Assembly: GCA_951406725.2 (NCBI GenBank)
Contig: OX597814.1
Span: forward strand, 153,822,001 to 153,886,000
Origin: Octopus vulgaris
Taxonomy: Eukaryota
DNA length: 64,000 bases
Direction: 5' to 3'
The translations under genes and the position numbers were made by a program. The notes under the pieces were generated by a model that was not told the origin of the DNA, ran no database searches, and worked only from the letters and a program-made list of their open reading frames with translations. Below, piece by piece: positions 12,983 through 26,325 of this stretch (positions within the stretch are counted from its first letter, which is position 1; every line of letters begins with the position of its first letter).

Positions 12983-13400
12983 AGGAGAATTCATAAAAAT
13001 ACAAAAGATGAAGACAGATGGTGTAGACAACAAACAGATGTATTAGTATAACGCTCGGGAAGTGAAAAAGTCTTTAACATTTCGAGCCTATACTTTTCCA
13101 CAGAAAGGAACACAGAAAGAAACAATGAGAGAAAATAGGAAAAAGCAGAAAGTACAAAAAATGTTTAGAAAAAATACCAAAAAACCATGAGAGAAAATAG
13201 GAAAAAGCAGAAAGTACAAAAAATGTTTAGAAAAAATACCAAAAAACCAGGAACACAAAAAACAACAATGCAAGGAACACAAAGAACAACATATAAAGTA
13301 TCAGCAGACGCTCAGGGGAGGAAGGAAAAATGGTTTAACATTTTGAGCAAATCTCTTCTTCAGAAACAGAGGAAAGTCCAATAGAAAAGGAAGATGGAGG
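12981..13400 (-). mobile_element. Penelope-like pLTR remnants with two degenerate minimal hammerhead motifs
   Basis: Minus strand gttt-CTGAAGA-agagatttgctc-AAAA-tgtt-aaac (13333-13367) and cttt-CTGTGGA-aaagtataggctc-GAAA-tgtt-aaag (13072-13107); homologue at 38444-38570. Confidence 0.6.
13125..13248. repeat. Perfect 62-bp tandem duplication
   Basis: atgagagaaaataggaaaaagc...aaaaaacc twice. Confidence 0.95.
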
Positions 13401-14778
13401 GAAAAAAATTGCCATGACTGGAAGGGAATGGGTGAAGAAAAAGTTCTTTCTCAGACCAGAGAGTGAAAGAGGAGGTATGTGTGGGTATGTGTATGTGCAG
13501 AAGTCTGTGTGTGTATGTAATAGCATGCATGTGTGTGTGCAATAGCATGTGTGTCTATGTGGTGTTTGTGTGGTGTTGGCTGTTTATATGTGTATGTGTG
13601 AGTGAACTTCTTGTCTCTTAATGTTGTAGAAAGAATTCAGCAGCATTGTAACAGGAGTGGTGGTCTTTTGTGTAGTTGCACCACCACCATCATCGTCATT
13701 ATCAGCAGCATCATTTTGTGTTCATTTTCCACTTAATAGAATGTGCTGAGTACTGTTTTCAAGACTCCAGCGCTAGTGAGGTTGCCTTATGACTTTAAAA
13801 ATCCCTTAGGATTCAAAGAACAAGAGAAAGAGAGACAGAGGAAAAGAGAAGGAGATGACTTTGAGTCAATGTATTAAGAGAGGGTAAAGTATGATAGGAG
13901 GAACAGATTTATTGTTGTGAGAGGGTGGTAAGAGAGGAAATAGTGAGAAAGAGGGAGGGATAAAGTAGTAAAGGTGAAGGGTGGATTGGGTAGGGGGCAG
14001 ATCCACTAAGAGTGACTGTAGGATGGAGGAGTAAGTGGAAGAGAGAAAGAGATGAGGATGATGAGGAGCTGAAGGATGTGTGGAGAGAGGGTCAGTGAGA
14101 GAAAGAGAAGTGTGGGGGAAACATGAGGTGGGCTAAAGGGGACACATACACACACATACATACATAAATACATACATACATACATACATACATACATAAA
14201 TGTATATATATATATATACATACACACATACACATCATACATATGTGCACACATGGAAGCACACACACATACACACACATATACTCACAAACATTTATAA
14301 ACTTGGCATTTCAGAAAAAATAATGCAACAGCAGAGATGGTAGGCCTAAAAGAAAATAGTTTAAACTGAAATTCTTAAAAACAACACTCAAGATAAGAAA
14401 AAAATTCTTACATGGCCGTATTTTTATTAAAATACTATGTCTATGCTTTTACAATTAATTTAGATAATAATTAGGAATTTGGAGGTATTTAGATAAATAA
14501 CTAATTCTGTCATAATTAAGTTGATATTTGGAAAATAATTAAACAAAAAATTCTTATATAAAATTTATGACAAAGATTTTAACTTACTGGTGTATTAAAT
14601 TGATATTTGAAATATAAAAACAGTCATGCATTCCAAATTTTACTCATAAAGTATAATGCTTCAGTGATTATGTCTCTCATGAAATACATTACTTATGTAT
14701 TACAATTAATTTAGAAAATAATAAAGATTTCAGAAGTATTTTATAATATAATGAGCACTTTCATTATTAAGCCAGTGT

Positions 14779-14993
14779 AAGTGGGTGAGTTGGCAGAATT
14801 GCTAGCGTGCTGAGCAAAATTCTCAGAAGCATTTCATTTGTTGTTATGTTCTGAGTTCAAAATTTTACTGAGGCCAACTTCACCTTTCATCCTTTCGGGG
14901 TCGATAAAATAAACACCAGTTGATTACTGGGGTCAATGTAATTGACTTACACCCTCCTCCAAAACTGCTGGCCTTGTGCCAAAATTTGCAAAC
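14779..14993 (+). mobile_element. SINE family B
   Basis: cctttcatcctttcggggtcgataaaat core with matching head and tail. Confidence 0.85.
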
Positions 14994-15169
14994 CTTGTTA
15001 AGCCTGTGCTTGGAACTTAACAAAATGTCATTTACTAAAAATTTAGGTTTTAATTTTAAAATGAAGATTTTAAATAATGAAATTTGTCACAGAACCAGAG
15101 GTACTTCCACCCTAGTCCATCCTCTGTAGTTACCCTCTCTTGTACCTACTCTGTCACATTGCCCCAAAT

Positions 15170-15422
15170 CAGTGGTTCCCAACCATTTCTTGCCTATGGA
15201 CCCTTTTGATTCCTATTTTACTCTACTGGACTCTCATAGCCATCAATATTTTTAAAAAGTCCCATTGTATATTTATCATTAGATATTAGGAATTGTATTT
15301 AAAAAATTGTTGAAATATTTTGTGTATTGTAAAAGTATAACTAATTTATTACATGTAAATTTTAACAGCAAAATTTTATATGGACACCCAAGAGCCATGT
15401 GAAGCCTGATTGAGAACCACTG
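15170..15422. mobile_element. hAT (Charlie/MER5-like) MITE
   Basis: TIRs cagtggttcccaa / ttgagaaccactg and 8-bp TSD ccccaaat / ccctaaat. Confidence 0.85.
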
Positions 15423-16592
15423 CCCTAAATGAATGGAATCAATACAGAGCAGTGAGGACTCCGTCTTAAAGGACACAAGGAAAACTCATTAGTAATGGTG
15501 CACCAGTATACAATAAAATGGATATACTGTGTTTGAATAAAAGGATGGAACAGTCACAATTAGAATATTAGAACATCTAAGATAATAGATTTACTCAATC
15601 AGGGCTAATATGGGACTAATACAGAACGTCTGTGCAGTTATATAACCTGTTAAAAAAAGCAGCTGAATCTCACTAAAATTATACTCCTGCATCTTATATA
15701 AAAAGAATATTTTGTGATAGTGTAGTCCTAAAGATATCTAAAGGCACTACAGAAATATGGAAAGGTTATGGATGGACCATCAGTAATACACATCCCTACC
15801 ATATTTTATTTTTTACTTCTTTCAGCAATTGAATTGTGGCCATGCTGGAACACCTAACATTTTTTTTAAATCTAAAAAAAAAAGAAAGAAAAATGAAGTA
15901 GACATTACATAATGAAGCCCTAAATATGCCTACAGAGAGGGGTTGGATAATGACTTTAATCATAAGTGTATTCAATCAAGGCCGACATGAAAATATACAA
16001 TAGCAAATGAAAGTGGTGGTGAAGCACCATGGTTGATGATAATTACATACATCGAGAGAATTCAAATCTTTCTGATTGTTTCTTTCCCTAGAGCTTACAA
16101 CTAGCATCTCTAAATCCAAGATATTACACTTGTTTAACCAACGCTTGGTAGAACACTACAGATTTCAGAATTTCTAGATTGATTAGATACGAGTGTAAAT
16201 ATGCATGGGTGTATATGTATATATTTATAGATATATATCTGTATTGATATTACATATTTATATATGCATATGCATACACACACACACAGTGGCATATCTT
16301 TTCTGTTACTTGTTTCAGGCATTAGACTGCAGCCATGCTGGGGCACTGCCTTGAAGAATATTTAGTCAAATGTATCGACCCCAGTACTTACTTCTTTAAA
16401 GCCTGGTACTTATTTCATTGATCTCTTTTGCCAAAGCACTAAGTTATGAGGATGTAAATACACCAACACCGGTTGTCACATGGTGGTAGAAGACAAACAC
16501 AGGCACAAAGAGATATTGTTTTATTTGGGGATGGTCACATATTTTTGCCAGTTAACCACATGCACTATATACTTGATCTTCATTTCAGCTTT

Positions 16593-16593
<1 letters not shown>

Positions 16594-16636
<43 letters not shown>

Positions 16637-16668
16637 TATTATTATTATTATTATTATTGTTATTATTG

Positions 16669-16713
<45 letters not shown>

Positions 16714-16745
16714 GTAGTAGTAGTACTAGTAGTAGTAGTAGTATT
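16594..16745. repeat. Compound (ATC)n(ATT)n(AGT)n microsatellite
   Basis: Seen directly. Confidence 0.98.
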
Positions 16746-16854
16746 TTAGTGTCCGTTGTCTGAAATATTTTGTCGCACATCCTGTGATCTATCAGTGACT
16801 CTCCATTCCACATGTCTCCATTCCATGTTTCCTAGTCCATAGAACAGACAAGTT

Positions 16855-17108
16855 GCAGGTATGGCTGTGTAGTTGAGGCATTTGCTTCACAACCATGTTG
16901 TCACAGGTTCAGTCCCATCATGAAGCAGTTTGTGCAAGTGTCTTCTACTGCTCCAGGCCAACCATACTTTTGTGAGTAGATTTGGTAGTCAGAGGCTGAA
17001 AGAAGCTCGTTATATCAGTGTGTGTGTGTATGCATGCCTGTGTGTGTGTGTGTGTGTGTGTGTGCATGCCTGTGTGTGTGTGTGCATGCCTGTGTGTGTG
17101 TGTGCATG

Positions 17109-17157
<49 letters not shown>

Positions 17158-17215
17158 ATGTGTGTGCACGTAAGTGTTTGCGTGTTTGTGGGTATCCTTA
17201 TCTTGACATCACATG
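16855..17215 (+). mobile_element. SINE family A 5' part with expanded (TG)n / GCATGCCT tract
   Basis: gcaggtatggctgtgtagtt...ggttcagtccc...gcaagtgtcttctac. Confidence 0.8.
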
Positions 17216-18564
17216 ATGATTATCACCATCATCGTTTAACATCCACCTTCCATGCTGGCATGGGTTGGACGGTTTGACAGGAACATGCTGGGGAGAAGAC
17301 TACACCAGGCTACTGTGTCTGTTTTGGCATGGTTTTTATGGCTGGCTGCCCTTTCTAAAACCAACTACCCAGCATTACTATCATACAAGGGATGTTATTT
17401 ATTTCCAGTTTTCTGTGAAAAACATGTCTAGCCATGAAGAAATATTACCTTATTTGGAAACAGGTGAGGTATGGGTTGGCAACAGCATTTAGCCATACAA
17501 AAGTCTGCTTCAGCAAATTCCTTCTGACCCATGCAAACATGGAAAAGTGGATGTTAAATAAAATGCTGAATGATCCTCAACACCATCATCATTTTATGTT
17601 TGTTTTCCATGAGGGCATTGGTGGTACAGTTCAAAAGAATCCAACGGCTCACAGGATTACATCTTGCCCCAATGTCTCAGTTTTGGTGCAATTTCTATGC
17701 CCTTCCTGACACCAACCTCTTTACATAGAGCACTGGGTGCAATTTTTCATGGTACCAGCACTGTAGAGATTGTCTTACCATCAACAAGACTAAAGAGTTC
17801 TCTCAAGACTTTCGTTGTCACTGCTTGATTCACTGTACCAACCACCTACAGAGAGTATTGGGTGGCACCAGCACCAGTGGGGTCTTCCTGTTTCTTACAG
17901 AAAAAAAATTGATATACCCAAGACTAGAAAAATAGAAGTTAAATATGATGGAAGAAATAAATTTATTATTGTGAGGATGGTAGTGGAAAGTAACAAAGAG
18001 AAGTGTTGGGAGTGTGAGATGGAAGAGACAGGAGAAAAAGGAGGAAGAAGAGGAATTTCAAAGGTTAATGTGAAGAAGAGAGAAGTAACACTGTATGTGT
18101 GATAGGATGGGTTGTGTTGGGGACCAAATGAAGGATAGTTTGAATAGAGGAAGAGCAGTGATCTCTAACATTATATAGATACATCATCATTGTTTTACAT
18201 CCATTTTCCATGCCTGTATAAGTTGGACATTTCATAATTGGAGTTAGATTTATTGTTAAGAGCAGACAGTAGGGAAGAAATTAGCAATGACAGTATAAGG
18301 GAAATGGATAACAAAAGGAAAAGGGTGATAAGTAGTGTCAGAGTAATAAGGATGGTAGGGTGTTGTGTAAGATGAGATGCCCAGTTAGATATAGGTAGGT
18401 AGAATGGTGTATATGACAGGCTTCTTTTAGATTCCATTTACCAAATGCACTCACAAAGGTTCATTCAGCCTATACATTCTCAATGGTAAGTAGTGAGATT
18501 GAAACTGAAATGATGTGGTTAGAAAGCAAATTTCTTGACCACACATGCATATTTATCATATATA

Positions 18565-18824
18565 TCATCATCATCATCATCATCATTTAACGTCCACCTT
18601 CCATGCTAACATGGGTGGGATGGTTTCACAAGAGCCAGCCAGGCAGAAGCCTGCACCTGACTTCTGTGACTGTTTTGGCTGGATTTTTACAGCTGGATAC
18701 TCTTCCTAATACCAACCACTCAGCAGAGTGAACTTAGTGTTTTTATGTGGCACAAGCACAGGCGAGGTCAGTTTTGGCAAGGTTTTTACAGCTGGATGCC
18801 CTTCCAAACACCAACCACTTTGCA

Positions 18825-18826
<2 letters not shown>
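18565..18826 (-). mobile_element. RTE 3'-tail-derived repeat
   Basis: (CAT)n tail and duplicated ttttacagctggatgcccttcc motif. Confidence 0.8.
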
Positions 18827-18879
<53 letters not shown>

Positions 18880-19500
18880 GGTTAAGTAATTGAGATTCAA
18901 GTGAATTCTAAAGAATTCACATGAATTCATATATATATATATACATACACACACACGACAGGCTTCCACACAGTTTCCATCTGCCAAATTCACTCACAAG
19001 GCACTGGTCAGCCCAAAGCCACAGTAGATGGCATTTTCTCACTGTGCTGTGCAGTGGGATTGAATCTGAAACTACCTGGCTGTAAAGCAAGCTTCTTAAC
19101 TATGCAGCCAAGCCTGTACCTATATATGCATATTCATATATATGTATATGTGTGTATATATAATATACCTATATATATATAAATACATACAAACAGAAAT
19201 GCACAAACATACAGAGTTTGACATTTCAATATATACATATATACACATATTCTTATGCATTGTTGAATGCTAATATATTGACTTGAAATAAAGTAATATG
19301 TGTTTATTACAGATTTTTTTTTGTTTTTCTATAAATTTCAAGCTGACTGTCAGTGGCTTACAGTCTGATGTCAGTTATAATTCCAGCTTTCAGACAAACA
19401 GAAGAAGATCATTGAATTGGAATTAATATTTTAGTTTTACTTTTCTGATTTTCTCACTTGACTTACATTTTCTGTTTCCAACTGCCGAAGAAGCAAAAAC

Positions 19501-19654
<154 letters not shown>

Positions 19655-20511
19655 TTTCCTAACCAAATCAACTCCATATTTTAATTTTGATATCTAGAAT
19701 ATGGTGTTAAAATCAACTTACTTGGATGACTTAACAGAAAATAATCCAGACACCAATTTGTTATTCAAGGAAAAACAAAAGAGAAGAATAAAATATTTAT
19801 GGAAAGTTTTTCTTTTGTTTAAAATTTTTTATCAAATCTTTCTGCATGTTCTATATTTGTTTTTTTCCTAAATTTGGATCTTAGATAACGTTGTTGATGT
19901 TTAGTTCTAAAACAAACCTTATCAAACAAGCTGATGATCAAAAGCATTCTAGTTATGATAATCCCATCTGTGTTTTTAAGGTGTAGTGCATCTTGGATTA
20001 CATTATTCAATGTGTTCTTATCTTAAGATAGTAGGCTTGTAAGGGATATGGCAATCTCTGTGATGCTAGAACAAGGATTAAATGTACTCAGTGTACTCTC
20101 TAAAGTGGTTGATGAACTAATGAAGACAATGTAGGATATAGAGAACTCATTCATCTCACTGAAGCCATGGAAACTTCTCTAATGCTGGTGCCATAATAAA
20201 AAACATTTAGAACACTCTTTAAAGTATTTGGGTCTAGGAAGGGTGTCAAGTCATAGCAAGCTTTCCAAAAATGGAATATACAAATGAGACAGTGTCCTTG
20301 AACTCATCTAGGAGGACAGTAACTAAGAATAAGAACTGACTCAGTCAATGACAACATGTCTGATATGCCATTATGGCAAGTGATGATGCTGATGTTGAGA
20401 TTTGGTTGCTATTTTGCTATTTCTTGCAGGTTGAGGTATATACACATATATTATTAGATTACTATGTGATATCTACCCATCCATCTATCTATTTATATAC
20501 ATACATATGTT

Positions 20512-20551
<40 letters not shown>

Positions 20552-20703
20552 GGAATGAAGGAATTCCAATATTTTAAATCTGGGTTTATGCCTGTTAACA
20601 AGGGTGGCTGGATCTACCTCACTCTTACAGCAACCACTCTCCCACCATTTCACCCAGTTTGGGGCATCCTCCCTCCCAATCTCCTCCTTCACATTTTAGC
20701 AAA

Positions 20704-20736
<33 letters not shown>

Positions 20737-23597
20737 TTTGATGGAAAAAATAGGATATATTTTTTATTACTATTGACTGAAAGATACAAATCTGACTCAA
20801 CAGCAGAGAGCTTTATGTATGACACCAAATTGACTAATATGTTATCTAATATTGATGTAAATACATATCCATAATATATACAGAATTCCTATAAATTCTC
20901 ATTGTTAGGTATGATAAGGCAACAGAGAATATTTTGAAGTTAAATCCATACTGCACTCTTTCTAAAATTAAATCCAATGTAAATTACTTTAGTAAGTCAT
21001 TCAAGAAGGGTTTTGCAACAAACAGTTTAGGTAAGTAAGTATGTTGTTCAGTTTTCAAACCACCACCAACCCCACCAATGCTGCCACCACCATCAGACAT
21101 TTTCAACACAGAGCGAACCATAAAACATGTTGTAAGTAATGCACACATGTAGGTACTGCTGTAGCAGCTGCTGACCACCAACTTAACTAGTACCAACTTA
21201 AGTGGGCTGGGCAAGTGCAGCACAAAGCAAGTGAGGTCACTAGCAGCAGCTGACAAGTAACACATAGCCTACAGTATCTGTACATCAACCTGAAACTTCC
21301 AACATTTATAGAATTATTTATTTGTGGTGTATCTTTTACTTTAGAGATTGGAGAATTTTGGATTTCAGAATTTCAGATAAAGGGTTATGAACTTGTACAA
21401 GAAAATCTTTCTCATCAGTTAGTTCCATAAATCTCAGCTAACTTGGTTAGCTTGAATACCTGTTATTCTTGCTGTTCAAAGATGGTGATAGGGCTGAAAG
21501 TGTTTTAAGATTTGAAACAGTTTGCTCACTGCCAACCGAAAATGTAAATAAGGTATTTTACAAGTTTTGGCAACTTGCAATCCAGCCCTTTTGCAAATTT
21601 CACAACTCATCTTGTCACTAACTATGAAGAATTCCATTCTAATTGTGTTTCAAGATAAGTCATCATAGCTATCTTTATTTTAGCTATCATCATTTAATAT
21701 CTGCTTTCCATGCTAGCATAAGTTAGACAGTTTGACTACCCAAATTTCCCTTAAATCAAACCCCTTACTACAATCATAAAATAAGGATGGACACATTGAA
21801 CAATGTAAACCAAGATATACAAAAAAGGGATGTTCATTGTTGCAATGGATTTGATCATAGATCTGCTAAACCATAACACAACTCTTTCTTTACAAATTCC
21901 AATTTCCCTATGAATTGTTCTCTATGTTGTTTGAGATATTTGGTTGCTATGTGTAGTAGTTTAAGTGATTGTGCAAAAACTCTTTCATTGGCTCATATCT
22001 CAGTGAAATACAGTAAGATGAACAATGTTGTAGATGTATAACAAAAGAATTTGATACTTAATGATATATATATTATCATCACAGAGTAATAATAAAACAG
22101 AAGCAAACATAATAGTGTTTTAAATGACTAACTGTGACTACTGTGATGCAAATGTTTTAGCCCTTATACACAATCTCTGATCAAATCACTTGCCAAACAA
22201 ATGCAACTCAGAAAGTGAATTCTTTTCATCTATTCTTAATGAATCCAAGTTATGAGGCAAGTCAATACTGTAAATACCTAAGCATTTCACAGCTCTAGAT
22301 ACAAGAAATCTTATATTTTATATCTTAAACAATTTTATATCTGTAGATATTTGCTTAACATTGAACATAAGTAGTTGGTATTTGTTTTCAGATAGTTTTA
22401 TAGACAGAGATTTTGATGTACTGAATTCAAGGTTGAAGTGACTTATTGATCCATCAATTACTGCTGCCATTGGTTTACTTCATTTGACTTTCTTGGTGTT
22501 ATGGAAACAACACCAACATTTGATTATTCTCTGTTATCTAGACAGCCAATAGCACATTACTAATACTGTTTTGTTGTTATTCAGGAAAAGAAATTCTCCA
22601 TGGGTTTTGATTTTGTTATACTGTTGAATGTGTGATCAATTATATATCTCTAATCGACAGTTTCTTCAAAATGCTTGCTAATCTGATATGTTTAAGGCTT
22701 AAAACTTTTTGTATTCAATGAATAAAGAAACTTATAGCAAGTCATTGTGAGTTTATCCAATTCTGATTTCAATAGCTGTAAATGAATGAAAACAAAATAA
22801 GGGCAATAAAAAAATGTTATGTATTCAAACTTGAATAAGACTGATGTTTTAGAGGTCTTGTGAGTGAAACTAAATTCAATACACAGAAATTGGTGTGGTT
22901 AGTATCAAGCTTGAATATTTAGAAATTGATATATTGTGGAAAGAAGGGAATTTAATCTCAGGAACTCATGTTTGGAACAGGATTTTTTTTTAAAAGAGAA
23001 AGCAATACATCTGCCAAGATTCATGACTCCCATTCTAATCATCAAGTAAGAGGGTTAGGATGGGAGTAAGAAGATTGTTTATTAGTAGTTGTAAAAGAGG
23101 CAGTGAGAGGATACATCAGTGGTTAGCTAAAGAATTTTAGTAAGAGTGTGCTTTTCAATACTTGGCATTTTTTAAATATTTTTGTATCTTTTGTTTTTGT
23201 TAGGGATGATTGTGACTACAGTTTTCCCTGATAAGGGAACAACATTCAGTAACAAAGCTGGGCTTTGTACAAAGTAAAAAGATGCTCACAATTCATGTAT
23301 CTTTTGATAGTGAAAATAAAGTCCAGTGCAGTGGCTTTCAAACAGGGTCCTTATGGACACTGAGGGATCATATACGATTTTAGGGGGTCCATGCAAGCAA
23401 AATAATAATACAGGAGTATTCTAAGGGTCCATAGGAAAAAAATTTTGCTTTAGACGTATTTATTGTAAAAATCAGGTAGGTCTCTTCTCTAATGTTTTAC
23501 ATAGTTCAACATATTTTCAGCTACTGAAACATGTTCACTCAGTGAGTACTCTCTCTCTCTCTCTCTTTCCATCTCTCTGTATATATATATATGTATG

Positions 23598-23686
<89 letters not shown>

Positions 23687-23754
23687 AATGTAGCAGGTTC
23701 ATTGCTGTATTTAAGAAGACCCATCCACTACAACAAAATTGAGATCCTAAAACC

Positions 23755-23968
23755 AAGGTGACATATAAAAAGCATTGGTGAAGGTGATGGTGCCACATAA
23801 AAAGCACCTAGTTCACTCTGTAAAGTGGTTGGCATTAGGAAGGGCATCCAACTGCAAAAACAAAGCGAAAACAGACTATGGAACCTGGCATAGCTCCTGG
23901 CCTTGCCAGATCTTGTCAAGCTGTCCATCCCATGCCAGGATGGAAAATGGATGGTAAATATTGATGAT
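23755..23968 (+). mobile_element. RTE 3'-tail-derived repeat
   Basis: ggtgccacataaaaagcacc...ggaagggcatcc...cccatgccagga-tggaaaa and a (GAT)n remnant. Confidence 0.8.
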
Positions 23969-23974
23969 GTATAT

Positions 23975-24263
23975 ATCTCCTTATTCTTATCATTCTTGAA
24001 GGAGGAACCTCTCTTCTGTCTCTGGCCAATCATAGCCATGTAGGCCCCAGTTAGCAGGTGAGATCATCTCACCATCTTGTCATTGGTTGGCCTCTTGATC
24101 TTGGCTGTTATCTTGGTGTCCATCCTGTCACCCTGATTGTCCATCTGTTGTCCTTCAGTCAAGCAATGTGGTTAGCCCATCTACATTTGTTCTTGTCAAT
24201 GGTTCTTATGATGTCATTGACTAACATGTGCTGTTGAATCCGGGAATTAGTTTTCCTGGCCTG
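23975..24263 (-). pseudogene. Decayed RTE LINE C-terminal fragment
   Basis: Minus strand: DIIRTIDKNKCRWANHIA*LKDNRWTIRVTGWTPR...RSRGQPMTRW*DDL, with multiple stops. Confidence 0.75.
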
Positions 24264-24877
24264 AAATGTATGTGTTCTATTTATTTTTTCACGCTGAGAG
24301 TTGCTGAAGCATGGAACAAACTGCCGGCATCAGTTGCTAGTTGTCGGAGAACTGCATCCTTCAAAACTTCCATGCTTTCTGATATTCGCCAACACTACAC
24401 CTGATTTTCTCCCCTCTATACACACACAAGCATGTATCTGACTCATACATTGTTTGCTTTCCAGACATATGTACATTACTGCATATGCTTTATACGCACT
24501 TTCTGACAAGTTGTGGTGCACCTGAGCACTGTATACAATAATTTCATTATTATTATTTATATGCTTATTAGTTGTGGAATTTCATCCAAAGGAAAATCCC
24601 TTTAAGGCATTGTGTGCTAAAATACAATGAATGCCACAAAACCAGACAAAACAAAATGTCCGTAGGTGATTGAGATCAGTGGGTATTGATATTTTGCTGT
24701 TATTTCAGCTCATCAGAACCATATACCCATGTCACCTTGAAACAAATTCGAATCACTGGTCTGAGTTACAGAGAGCTGCTTCTAATTCAAAACTTAATTT
24801 TCTTGTGCATATGTAGTGCTGTTGTACATCAGCAGATAGAGTGCATGTGTGTGTGTGAATACACTTGTACACATGCA

Positions 24878-25017
24878 TGAGGAGTACTGAAAAGTCCTGG
24901 CTTTGGGAAAAAGAGAGTACAGGAGGATCAGTTAATTATGATTTTATTTAACATATTCCCCTCTCAGATTCACACACTTATTGCAATGGTCCTTCAGTTT
25001 TTCTAAGCCCTGTATGA
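24878..25017 (-). mobile_element. mariner 3' end fragment
   Basis: Minus strand: QGLEKLKDHCNKCVNLRGEYVK*, a typical mariner C-terminus, followed by a TIR-like end (plus strand gaggagtactgaaaagt). Confidence 0.7.
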
Positions 25018-25410
25018 AATGAATTGTTAGGTCCAAATATAACATCCCAAGGTACATCTTTCTTTTCTCTGATGAAATTATGCTCATGTCACATAAATGC
25101 AAATTTAATGTAAAAATTTGTAATTAGATTATTGAAACAGCTGTAAAAAGCAAAGATGACCAATTTGTAAATAATAAATAATTGCTAACTTCCTTATCTT
25201 CATTTTCTTTTCTTCTTTTAACTAGATATAAACTATATGCTTAATATATACCTAATGCTTTAAGGGCATTTCATTTCCCAACAATACTAGGTATTTCCTT
25301 AGATGCAACCATCCTTTCATGAGGTTAACATACCATCTAATTAAATTTATATATATATATAGATAGATAGATAGATATACACACATCTACACACACACAC
25401 ATACATATAT

Positions 25411-25524
25411 ATCATCATCATCATCATCATCATTTAGCGTCCGCTTTCCATGCTAGCATGGGTTGGACGGGTCAACTGGGGTCCGTGAAGCTGGAAGGCT
25501 TCGTCAGGCCCAGTCAGATCTGGC
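25411..25524 (-). mobile_element. Short RTE 3'-tail copy
   Basis: Near-identical reverse complement of 37729-37845. Confidence 0.9.
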
Positions 25525-25544
25525 ATATATATATATATACACAC

Positions 25545-25580
<36 letters not shown>

Positions 25581-25581
25581 G

Positions 25582-25618
<37 letters not shown>

Positions 25619-25620
<2 letters not shown>

Positions 25621-26286
25621 CTGGTCCCTCTGTTGGGTCAACATTCGGCAGACTCTCTTTATCCCATTCATTTTCTTCATTCAGCAACCTTTCATAGTGG
25701 CATCTCCAAACCTCTCTCTTTGCATCCTCATTTAGCGCAAGTGAACCATCTTCCATGCGAACACACTTCTCTCCTACCACATCACGATTCTCTCTCACAC
25801 ACTGTCTTGCAACACGAAACACCTCCAGTCTTTGGTCCTCACGGCGCAGAACATTGGCAAATTTTTTCTTATCTGCTTCCCCTCTGGCTAAATAAACCTG
25901 TCTCCTAGCTTCTCTTTTGGCAGTCTGATACAATCCCCTGCTACCCCCATTTTTCCAGACCTTCCAAGCCTGTCTCTTTTCTCTAATAGCCCTGTCTACA
26001 ATATTGCTCCACCACCACGTTATTCTAGGTCAAGAGGGGACTTTGCACCAGCCACAGATCTGGTCAGTGGCTCTCAGCAGGTTGTCCCTTAGAAACGTCC
26101 AGCTGTCTTCTACCCCCTGTGATGCTCTATCCCCTTCTACTTCGTCAGAGGCTTCAAGTAATATGTCCCTAAATCTCTGTCCATTTGCAGGATCTTTAAG
26201 CTTCCAGATCCTTCTTCTCCATATTTGTCGTCTTCTGGTTGTCCTCCTAGTCCTGATCCTAAAGTCACTAACTACCAGTCTATGGT
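25619..26286 (-). pseudogene. RTE ORF, endonuclease end plus linker (inverted segment)
   Basis: HRLVVSDF...IWKLKD...TWWWSNIVDRAIREKRQAWK...VWRCHYERLLNEENEWD...EGPAI, with one in-frame TGA. Confidence 0.9.
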
Positions 26287-26325
26287 AGTGTCGGCTATAG
26301 CCTAGTCACCCGTATAGTTAATCAG

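Noticed and set aside
21340-21398. Tigger/pogo-like terminal sequence (also a hAT-like start at 23329 and a mariner-like TIR at about 62463)
   Set aside because: Only single ends found, with no matching TIR or TSD.
22391-22441. Possible terminal exon after tttgttttcag (DSFIDRDFDVLNSRLK*)
   Set aside because: Too short to support without transcript or homology data.
24700-24720. ctgatgagctgaaa on the minus strand as a hammerhead core
   Set aside because: No stem II and no cleavage-site helix; homologues at about 30800 and 33364 read ctaatga.
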